Assembly (NCBI GenBank): GCA_951406725.2
Contig: OX597814.1
Location: 198,524,001-198,588,000, forward strand
Length of the DNA stretch: 64,000 nt
DNA from: Octopus vulgaris
Lineage: Eukaryota
Reading direction: 5' to 3'
Shown here: positions 53,893 to 64,000 of the stretch, in pieces
How positions within the stretch are numbered: the stretch's first letter is position 1
How the letters are laid out: every line of letters begins with the position of its first letter
Notes under the pieces: model-generated
The model's database searches: none
Seen by the model: the letters and a program-made list of their open reading frames with translations, nothing else
Told to the model about the DNA's origin: nothing
Translations under genes and position numbers: made by a program

Positions 53893-55790
53893 ATTGATTG
53901 ATTCTAGTTTCAGCTCACGAGCTGCGGCTATGCTGGGGCACCGCCATTTGGTGTTGCTACATGGTTTTACTTCACGAATGCTTTTTAGCAACTGCCATTT
54001 GGTGCATGAGAGAGTTCGATGCAGCTGCCCTCATCTGCACCTCCTGCCGTGAAGTTGGTTCATCTGGGATACCTGACAAGAAGAGATCCAGTTTCATTGG
54101 CTACTACCACCTGACTTCTATCTTTCAGAAAGTCATGAAGTCATTCTCCCAGTTTTCCAACTATGCTAAGATCACGCAGTTTGTGACATATATCAAAGGC
54201 CTTTGCAAAGTCGAGATATATCACTTCCACATTTGAGTGGTTGAGCAGTCGTTTCAGCACCCAGTCATAGTGTTGTAGGAGCTGAGTTAAGCAGCTTCTT
54301 CCTGGTCGGAAACCATGTTGGGTGTCAGGTAGCAAGTCATTTTCTTCAAGGAAGGTGATCAGTTTCCTTCTGACTATTCGTTCCATGACCTTGCTGATGT
54401 GTGAGGTCAGAGAGATAGGTCTGTAGTTCTTGGCCTTCGCTCTGCTACCTCCTTTATGAATAGGGCATATTTTACCTTCCTTCAGTTTTCTTGGAAGTTT
54501 GCCAGCTGCAAGGAAGCTCTGAAAGAGGAACTGCAGTGGTCTTGCTAGGACTCTCTTACATACTTTTAGGAGGATTGCCGGGAATCCATCGGGGCCAGTA
54601 GCTGAGTCTGTTTTCATTTCATCTATAGCCTTTATTACATCGTCTTCCTTTATATCGATGTAATCTATCGTCGCCGCCTCTGATTTTATATCTGCAGTGG
54701 TAAAGAAGTCAGTTGGATTGGTGATTTGGAAATGCCCAAGGGGTGGAGTGAAAACACTCTTGAATTGCTCATTCAGTATTTCACTTACCCTCATTGGTTT
54801 TCCTGTGAGTGTGCCATCCTTTTCAAGGAGTGGCCCTATCTTACAGTGCACCGTAGCTGTTTCTTTGGCATACCTGTAGAAAGCTCTGGGGTTAGATTTT
54901 ATGTTGTCTATAGCCCAGGCTTCTTTGTCTGCTCTTTCCTTTTCATGGGAGAGTTGCAGACATTTTTCAATTTCCAACAGTTTCATTTTCAGGCGGGACT
55001 TTTCACTGCTTTCAATTTGTTTGTTTAGGCGATTTGAAATTCTTGTACGCCGTCTCATTAAAATTTTCCTCTCTCTGGGGATTTTGTTCTTGTGTACAGT
55101 GGCCTTTCTCTCTGGGACACATTTGTAGCATATGGCTTGCATTACAGACATGAATTGTTGAAGTTTCACGTCGATGTCTGGCGAGGAGAGACATTCAGGC
55201 CAGTTTTGTTTGAGGATCTCTTTCTCAATTTGTTTCCAGTTTGCCTTATGGAAGTTCAAGCTGGAAAGATTCTGAGGGTTTCTTGTAGGCTGCATGTCCA
55301 TGTTTTCCTTTGGCCCGTACATAGTCAGCTCTACCATGTTGTGATCCGAGAGTAGTGTCGGTGTCACTTTCACATTATGGATGAGATCCATATTATTTGT
55401 GAAGCAGAGATCCAGTGTGTTACCTGCCCTGGTTGGAGTATTACTTGCTCCATGTACAGGATGTTGATGAGGTTCAGGAGGGACCTCGCCTGACCTCGTT
55501 CACATCTTTTCATTCCTGGGAGAGAAAGGCCCTCGGGCCATCTGACATTGGGTAGATTGAAGTCTCCCATAAGAAGTACACTTATGTGTTGTTCTAATGT
55601 GATTAGAACTTCTTCTATTTTTATAAGGCAGTCTTCACACTTGCCTACATGGCTTGGGGCATCTGGAGGGCGATATGTAGCACACACAACTACATCAAGT
55701 TGCCTTATATGTACAATTAGTGTGTCACACACCGAGTTTGAGTATGATAGAGCGGAAGAAGCAGGAGTTTATACGCTCCTATGCACTTAT
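53891..55790 (-). pseudogene. CR1-group LINE ORF2 (APE endonuclease and N-terminal half of RT) joined to its 3' end
   Basis: YRPP, LLMGDFN, LSDH, ATGPDG, NYRPISLTS, QHGFRPGRSC, YLDFAKAFD; deletion at ~54095; tail ends in (AATC)n. Confidence 0.93.
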
Positions 55791-55799
55791 AAGATCTCA

Positions 55800-56384
55800 C
55801 ATTGGCACGCTTGATGCCATCTTTGAGAACGAACAAAGTAAAGATGGCAAAGATGGAGACACGGGTGCTGATGAAAGAAGTCACCCCCACCTAGTAGACA
55901 CCCGGGAAGAGGTTTCAAGTGAGAAACCTGCCCGGGAAGTAAACCCAAGTGCAAGTGCTCCTACCAGCACCAAAAGCCATAGAGATGAAGAACCCAAAGA
56001 AGAAATAAAAGGAGGAAAAACTAAAAGAAAAACTCAAACAAAACCAAAATATGAAACAGCTAAGAATAGAAGTAAAACTGACTATCCATATACCAAAAAG
56101 GATGGAAACAAACAGCGCACACGGGTGTGTAGGTTCTACCTGAGAGGTACCTGCTGGAATGGAGAGGAAGGTGCAGGCTGCCGTTTTGCACATCGGGGAC
56201 CCTGCCGCAGAAACACGAAACAGATCAGAAACAAAATAACAAAAGGAAAAGGGATGGAACACGCACCACCTGCCCCAAAACGGAGGTACGCAGATGTGGT
56301 GCGTGCCACAGATGCGGAATTACACATACCACAGTATGTTGTACTACGGACCGACAGAAAAGAAAGGAGTCATGGAGGAGTTTC

Positions 56385-56390
<6 letters not shown>
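55800..56390 (+). pseudogene. Inverted 5' segment of the same LINE: ORF1 CCCH finger fused to the start of the endonuclease
   Basis: CRFYLRGTCWNGEEGAGCRFAH; RYADVV; YVVLRTDRKERSHGGVSMY. Confidence 0.82.
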
Positions 56391-56441
<51 letters not shown>

Positions 56442-56784
56442 AAACATAGGTTTCAAAGAGAAAATGAACTGCAGGTGGTAGATATATGGGGAAAGTAAGA
56501 CGAGAAAAGCGAAAATGCACATTGGATATAAAAAATAAAGGCATGTTTATGAAGAGTAACGACAAATATTAACAATTAGATGAATTGAGGTAGAATTAGG
56601 AGGAATAAAAGTCATTATTTTGAATTGTTAAAGGGATTAAAAGTCATACCGGTATCGTCAATTGATCTTCACTGGCTTTGAATGCGCACCGATTAAAGAA
56701 AAAATATTAACCAACGCAAGGCTATATCCATTAACAACGGAACCAAAAGTGCAAAAATGCGGTCAGCTTATAATTGTGACACAT

Positions 56785-57013
56785 GCCCTGGGCAGTGCTT
56801 TCTGTTCTTGAGCAAAGCACTTCATTTCTCATTGCTCTATTCCACTTGGCTTTAATTGGGTATACCCGGTGGCGGGGTAGACTGCCAATCGAGGGCAATA
56901 TTGGCCTGCTTCCCCAGCCATTAGGGTGGCATCCCTCGCCAGTTAAAATGATTCAAAGTGCATTGTGACAAGCGGTGTATGTCGACATCCGATAGTCTGG
57001 TCGATACCGTGAC
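56785..57013 (+). mobile_element. Old chimeric SINE: D core with C2 tail
   Basis: tgttcttgagcaaagcacttcatttc followed by ttggcctgct..gcattgtgacaagcg..gtctggtcg..cgtga and TA repeats. Confidence 0.65.
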
Positions 57014-57873
57014 TTATATATATATATATAAAAGTTTAATTAGAAGTTAAATTAGCTTCATTAATGGATAGTAATATCCAGGGAATTACTGGTTCTTACC
57101 TATTATTTGTTGTGAATGATAAAGTTGTTAAGATAATAGGTCTAAATATAAATCATAGTTTATAATCATTCGAAAGAAAATTAGAAAATGAAGATATAGC
57201 ATTTTATAAAAATTTATTATCTGCGAAGATCCAACACATTTTCTAACAGCTGTTTCAATTAAGTCTAAAGATTAAAATAACAATTATTAAATCATTATAT
57301 TTAGCAAAATATCTTCAAATGTGTTGCAAAGCTATACCGTTATTTTATTAGGTGTTGTGTTTTCGAATCATCTCGGAAGACTGAATATTATTTTATGGCT
57401 AATATCGGTATAAACCTGGACCAGGGGGTCATAGGTTGTTCTGCTCGGCGTGCTAACCATCCTGCCATCTCATCACCTTACAACTGATTAAATTCTGTGA
57501 AATATTTCATTTTATGTTTGTCTCTGACCCGTTATTTGTTAGTTCTTTATTGTTTCATGGAAAAAGCGAATTAAAAAATAAGAAACTAAATCTCAGGCTT
57601 GAAATAGTCTCCTACAATCCTAAATCATATGATCTGTCATATAATCATGAATTAAGACTCACCAGCAATATCATTTGTTCTTATATTCATTAGACTTACT
57701 TCACACAATCGAGAGAAACTTAAATCTGAAATCAAATTAATCAAGATTCATCTAATATTTGTACTTAAGTATAGAATACTTTTGTTTGTCTTTTCAAACT
57801 TCCAATATTTAAACTACACCGTCTTAAAACAATATTTACCGCTGTTGTAATGTGTGTATTATACTACGTGCCC

Positions 57874-57905
<32 letters not shown>

Positions 57906-58246
57906 TGCATTGCCGACTGAAACTGCGCTTGCGCGCTGAATTTTGAAAAGTTATAACATATAATGATGGGACACGTGTTATTTGTCTCTGAATTATAAGT
58001 TAGTTATTGAGGCCAGTTATTGATGACAATTCGCCTAGCAGATAACCTTATTTGCTAAAGAAATTTTGAAACCTAGGTATAACCGCAATAAAATAACAAG
58101 GTAAAAGTTTTTATTTTTCATTTCTTTCGAAAATTGCTATTAAATTGTGGTTTTGGTCGTTTTGGCTGCTTCTTCTAGCATGTAAAAATTACCTATTAAA
58201 GGGTAGTTTTCGCTTGTGTTTAAATGTACACTATTTTAATATATAC

Positions 58247-58347
<101 letters not shown>

Positions 58348-58398
58348 CATAGATATATATATATATACATATATAGATATATATATATACATATATAG

Positions 58399-58462
<64 letters not shown>

Positions 58463-59488
58463 GTATATAAAGATTCAGTTGAATTAATTACTTAAGTTGA
58501 GGGACCTTGTTAGGTAGAAGTACATGTATATAAGTAGTAAAATTATTCCAGAGAATAATTTCTTGAAAATCGTGTTCGTTAAATGTAATCAAATTGCCAG
58601 GCCGATCCTAAGAGCTGAGCTCTTGAAGTCTTAGCATTTGTCGCACTTTGGGGAGTTCTGAATTAACAGATTTATAATGAAAGATGAAAGTTGTATTTAG
58701 GGTCATATTATATGATAGTTTTTTTCCTTATTAAAGACAGTATAGTATGTTTTGATAGAGACTTGGGGAATATTTTTTAGCTGGTTGAATAATAAAGAAG
58801 AAATACCATGTTGATTCATTACTGTTCTCTATGGTGGGTGTGGCATTTAGTTGAGATTGTTTGTTGTCCATCCAGTGGTGATGGACAATGGTGGTTTGCC
58901 ATTGTATGGTAAGTTTAGCGTAACCAGAAGACCGCAATGAGCAGTGCATTCCAAACAGGTCCCTCGACGAATGGAGAACTCTGGTCTGATACTGAATAGT
59001 GGAGTGGCGTGTCTGTATAAACAGGTAGAAATATACAAACAAACAAATTTTTGGACAGTTTTACAGAGTTGTGAGTCAAATCAACAAGAAGAATTCTGCA
59101 TAATTGCCCAATTTGTAAGAGATAACAGCAAAATAGCCCTCAAAATACATGCAACCGTCTTTCAGAATTAACAGGACACGTTTGATCATGTAATCTTCGT
59201 TACAGTTTATCATAATAATAAGAGAAAAAAAAAGAGAAAAGAGGAAACGCGCAAGAGAGAAAAAGATGAAATGCTCCCATCTGAAATGCTTTGATCATAT
59301 CTTTTTCGATCAGGGATAGTTTCGGACAAAACAACAATGGCAATGACGAAGAAAAGACCAACAACAATAACAACAGTAGCAGCAGTAGCAGCAGCAGGAG
59401 CAACCACAGTGCTGCAACTATTTTCAGAAGTGTTTTTATCCAGACAAAATACAAATTGTCTCTCCCCCGCCATCACTTCCTTCCCTTA

Positions 59489-59623
<135 letters not shown>

Positions 59624-60266
59624 GGTGCACTATCTATTCGGGCACATCTGTTCTCAGTTATTATTTTGCATTATGTTAGATGTTGTTTGAAGCATGCATT
59701 CAAAATGGCCGATATTCATAGTAACACACACTTCGCTTGATTTGGTTCGTGTCATTTTCTACATTTGCAATTCATCATTATTACCGCTAACATACATATA
59801 TTACAGTTCACTTATTATTGTTAGCCAAAATAAGCATTACAAACACGAGTTGAATATGCAAATGAAGTTATAGAAAATAAATTGGATATTTTTGTATTCC
59901 TGTTGTAGGTTTGTTTTTGGTGGTGTTCTTATTGATGTCGTTGGCGGTGGCGGATATTTCTATAATGCATTTAATTTTATACATTTCTATATAGTTTGTG
60001 AAACCCCGCTGTAACGAACAGATACACCATTTTTATATGCAGTTTCTGCAATTTAACCACGTTTTAGTTTTTCACGAAAGATCAGCTATTGTTGTCATCG
60101 TCGACGTCGTCGTGGTGGTCATCACTGTGATTATCGTGGTTGTTCCATTGGTCGTCTTCGTTGTTACTGTTATTGTGTAACCCCAGGTCGGTCTCGACTA
60201 AGTAGAACTGTGATCAAAAGCGTTCCCGCCTCCATGACCATCTCAATTTATTTTCATAGTGTACAC

Positions 60267-60350
60267 AGGCGCAGGAGTGGCTGTGTGGTATGTAGCTTGC
60301 TTACCAACCACATGGTTCTAGGTTCAGTACCACTGCATGGCACCTTGAGC
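60267..60350 (+). mobile_element. SINE-B head, truncated
   Basis: ggcgcaggagtggctgtgtgg..caccttgagc. Confidence 0.85.
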
Positions 60351-62283
60351 GAACAATACACAACATGTAGGGACATACAAACAGGGAAAAAAGGTTAGAA
60401 CCAACGTATGAAAAAATGACATGAAAAGTGAATTGAAAATGGAATGAAATCACGTTGCCCCACTTCATAGCAGCTTCATTTATATGTTTTAAACTTCGTT
60501 CCCGCTAGAATATCGAGTCCAAATTCTTCCACCACTCCCTCATATATCATAAACTGTGGTAATACGTCCCAATCCAATTTCACCTCCAACACCTTTATCC
60601 GCTTTTATATATTGTTAATTTTTCTTTCTGTTCATCCGAGCAAAACGCGCAACAGTGCTATCCCCTTATGCTGTCAAAACTCGTTGTTCCAACTGTTTTA
60701 AAATCTTCCCAAGATAACACTTCTTTACACAGTTTTTCATCTGAGTTATCATACATTATTGTGTGGCATTGTTTTTTTTATGTCTGGAGGGAGGGAGTTT
60801 GGGAGTTCTTGTCTGTTTGTACATTTTTTGTGTCAGAGGGGGATGGGTAGGTTTGGTGTCTGTAGGGGAGGATGGGTCGAAGAGGGTGTGGGTGGGTGTT
60901 GGGTGATTATGGGGCTTATTTTTTTCTTTTTCTCTTGTTCCTTTTTCTTATTGTTTTCCATTCGTTGTCTGTTTCTTTACTTTTTTCTTCGGCGGAATTC
61001 CCTCCACCCTAACTCTGGTCGCACGTTGTCCACGGTAAGTGGACAAAAGCACCACTTTCTCACTCTTAATAGTAGTCGCTGCGTATTTTTGTGTGCTGTT
61101 GCCGCATCCTTGAATCTCACCTCCATTACTCCGAACTTAGTATCTCTCGCAAGGTACACAATTACATGCTATATTTGTCTTAACGCTTTCTCTATTTCCT
61201 TCAATTATTGAAAAAAGTTTTGTACAAAATTGTTCTTTCTTTGATATTATTAAGCGTCATCTCGACTTAATAGATTTTTGTAATTTTCAAATTCACCAAT
61301 ATTAATATCATTTTCCTGGCACTTTGCCACGTTCACGAAGTTTCTCTTTTCTTCATCTAATTTTTCATCCATTTTCAAAAAATTCTTCCTCCGAAGATGA
61401 TATATCTGAAAAGCTGAAGACTTCTTCAGACATCTTTTCACTAAGCCGACCCTCCCCTATGAGGAGGGGAAGCACAAACTAATTGCTGCAAAGCAGCACA
61501 AAAACAATTAATCGCAGTGTTTAAAGCATTAAAACAAAATATACAATGTTAACACTGTGTAAATACCGTCAAAAATCCTCATTGTCAATGAGGATGGCTG
61601 CCACTACCCACTACCCATTCAGCTTCTATCTCGGGCGGGATTCCTTCCACCCTGATCCTGGACGTCTTCCTGCCAAGATACGAGGGCAGAAGTAATATTT
61701 TTTCTGCTTTGATAGTCCTTGCTGCCATCCTCCTGGCGACTGTCTCCGATTCGAACTGCACAACGACAGTACCATACTTATTCCCTCTTGTCAGGAATAT
61801 TACCTTTTCTGCTATTGAGCGTAATGCCTCCTCCACGGTTTCCATTCCGACTAAAACTATTTTCCTTTTTTCTGTCGCGAACACTTTGTATGTAATGGCT
61901 TTCCTTTCAAAACTCTTTATTGTTTTCCTTGGCGGAAACAATTTCACGTCACCGCCTAACTTTTTCACCCATTTTTGGCCGTCGGGTAACCTAGCAAGGT
62001 TAACCTCCTTACTTGTTGGCTTCATTACTCATGCGTAATTCATTCTTCTTTCTAACGCCATATCCATTCTGTTGACCGCTCTCGCCAGTTCCTCCTCCGA
62101 AGTCGACAGGTCTACTCACTGAGGTCAGAATACCTATTTCTCCTTGCCATTTCTCAAAAACACCACCGCTGCGAACAGCAAAAATCCAAAACAATTACGC
62201 AAAACAAATTCAACCTTGAACCATTCAACCTTGAACCACTCAACCTACACAGACGAAAAAGCACGAAGCATCAAACACGACGT
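60351..62283 (-). pseudogene. Two tandem decayed Tx1/L1-like elements with ORF1-like remnants
   Basis: FLTRGNKYGTVVVQFESETVA..RIRVEGIPPE (61585-62025) and related YLARDTKFGVMEVRFKDAATA (60977-61159); RRM-like pattern. Confidence 0.5.
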
Positions 62284-62532
62284 GCTGACGATTCTGCCAG
62301 CTCGCTGCCTTGCAGGCAGAATTAATCCTTTCCATTGAAGAACACAAGGCCTGAAATGTTGGCGAAGGGGACTAGTCGATTACATCGACCTTAGTGTTCA
62401 ACAGTTACTTATTTTATCGATCCCGAAAGGCAAAGTCGAGCTCGGCAAAATTTGAACTCAGATCATAGCGACTGGCGAAATACCGCTAAGCATTCCGTCC
62501 AATGTGCTAACGATTCTACCAGCTCGCTGCCT
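62284..62532 (-). mobile_element. SINE-A (62325-62532) plus a duplicated head stub (62284-62311)
   Basis: ctcgctgccttgcaggcagaa occurs twice. Confidence 0.8.
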
Positions 62533-63055
62533 TGCAGGCAGAAATAATAATAAACGGAAATATATTTATATACCGTTCGTGAATACACATACCGATGGAC
62601 ATTAACATGTGCATAACAGCAATTAGTGATAGAAAACTAAATATTTCTATATGGCATCCGAATAAATGAAGAAAAACTCTAAATTCTATTCTAATTACAT
62701 TATTGATTTTTGTGTCTTATTTGAAGTCTCCAACATACACGCTGATTTTCACGTACATTTATACACCAATGTACGCATGCATGTATCAGTACGAGTATCT
62801 ACATAACTCTCTGTCTGTCTGTCTTTCTTTCTCCCTCTCTCAGTTCAATAAAAATTGTTTTATAATTGGTTTTATCAATTGAGATTTTGTCATGCTGGAA
62901 CAATGCCACAACTTATCGAAGTTCTTCACTAAATTATGTTTTCCTCAGTTGTTTTGCTAATGATATCATTGACGCGTAGCTTGAACTTACTGTTTGATTT
63001 TTATAGATTGTCTATAATTAAAGCACTCATTAATATTCGTCCTGTTACTGTTGCT

Positions 63056-63096
<41 letters not shown>

Positions 63097-63487
63097 CTCT
63101 TTTTTTACTTGCTTCAGTTATTTTGACTGTGGCCACGCTGGAGCACCGCTTTTAGTCGAGCAAGTCGACTCCAGGACTTATTATTTGTAAACCTAGTACT
63201 TATTCTATCGGTCTCTTTTCCCGAACCGCTAAGTTAAGGGGACGTAAACACACCAGCATCGGTTGTCAAGCGATGTTGAGGGGACAAACACACACACACA
63301 CAAACATATACATACATATATATACGGCGGGCTTCTTTCAGTTTCCGTCTATCAAATCCACTCACAAGGCTTTGTCGGCCCGAGGCTATAGTAGAAGACA
63401 CTTGCCCAAGTTTCCACGCAGTGGGACTGAACCCGGAACCATGTGGTTGGTAAGCAAGCAACTTACCACACAGCCACTCCTACGCCT
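63097..63487 (-). mobile_element. SINE-B full length
   Basis: Family match. Confidence 0.9.
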
Positions 63488-63959
63488 ATTCTTCTTCCTC
63501 TTCTTCTCAGTTGTTGTTTAGTCCCAGATCAACCCTTTACTTTTAGGCCTGTGATCATAACTAGGATGGTGTCATTGCTAGAAACACAAGTACCCAACAT
63601 CGCATCCCCAAAATTACCGTTCGGCTGATTGACACAAAATCTCCCCCAAAACAACGTACTTCATCCCCTGTTTCTGTAACCTCTCTGGAGAAGATACAAC
63701 ATGTCCCGTTACTGGTTGTATCACCAGATAGAGTGCTGGAGTCTATTTGTTCGGTGCCCCAGCTTGGCCGCTGTCTGATGACTGAAACAAGTAAAACAAA
63801 GGATAAACAAGAACCATTCATAACAGCTCTTCCTTTAAAAGCCTATTAAACACACCACACATGATTCTCCCCATTTTGAATATTTATTCTTGTACGCATT
63901 TCCTTCAGCCGTCAATTTCCAAATGTTCAAGCGAAACGTTAAAAGCATCAACATATCCG

Positions 63960-64000
63960 ATCTTATTTTTCTTTACTGCCCACAAGGGCCTAAACATAGA
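63960..64000 (-). mobile_element. SINE-A type-1 tail cut by the window edge
   Basis: tctttactgcccacaagggcctaaacataga. Confidence 0.7.

Noticed and set aside
55720-56481. 253-aa ORF as a host CCCH zinc-finger gene
   Set aside because: Chimera of antisense endonuclease sequence, LINE ORF1, endonuclease start and TA repeat
58731-59171. ORFs of 63-103 aa in unique sequence
   Set aside because: No family resemblance; length compatible with chance

Overview
AT-rich eukaryotic DNA saturated with microsatellites and containing no convincing host protein-coding exon. The repeat content (tRNA-headed SINE families, RTE/CR1/Tx1/R4-type LINE remnants, mariner, long (TA)n/(TATC)n/(ATT)n tracts) points to an octopus-type cephalopod intergenic or intronic region; this taxonomic call is inference. 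Nearly all ORFs in the track are artefacts of simple repeats. Main signal: several unrelated non-coding elements carry type I hammerhead ribozyme motifs, sit in (TA)n tracts, and often form fold-back (inverted-arm) insertions with their 3' ends facing outward. One is a ~360-bp circularly permuted, retrozyme-like unit with a compensatory U3-A8 core. Other signals: SINEs sharing 3' tails with a Tx1-like and a CR1-like LINE present in the window, SINE head/tail shuffling, a CR1-like copy inverted by apparent twin priming, and different retroelements occupying different microsatellite types. Family labels (SINE-A/B/C/D, P1/P2) are my own working names; coordinates were read by eye and may be off by a few bases.
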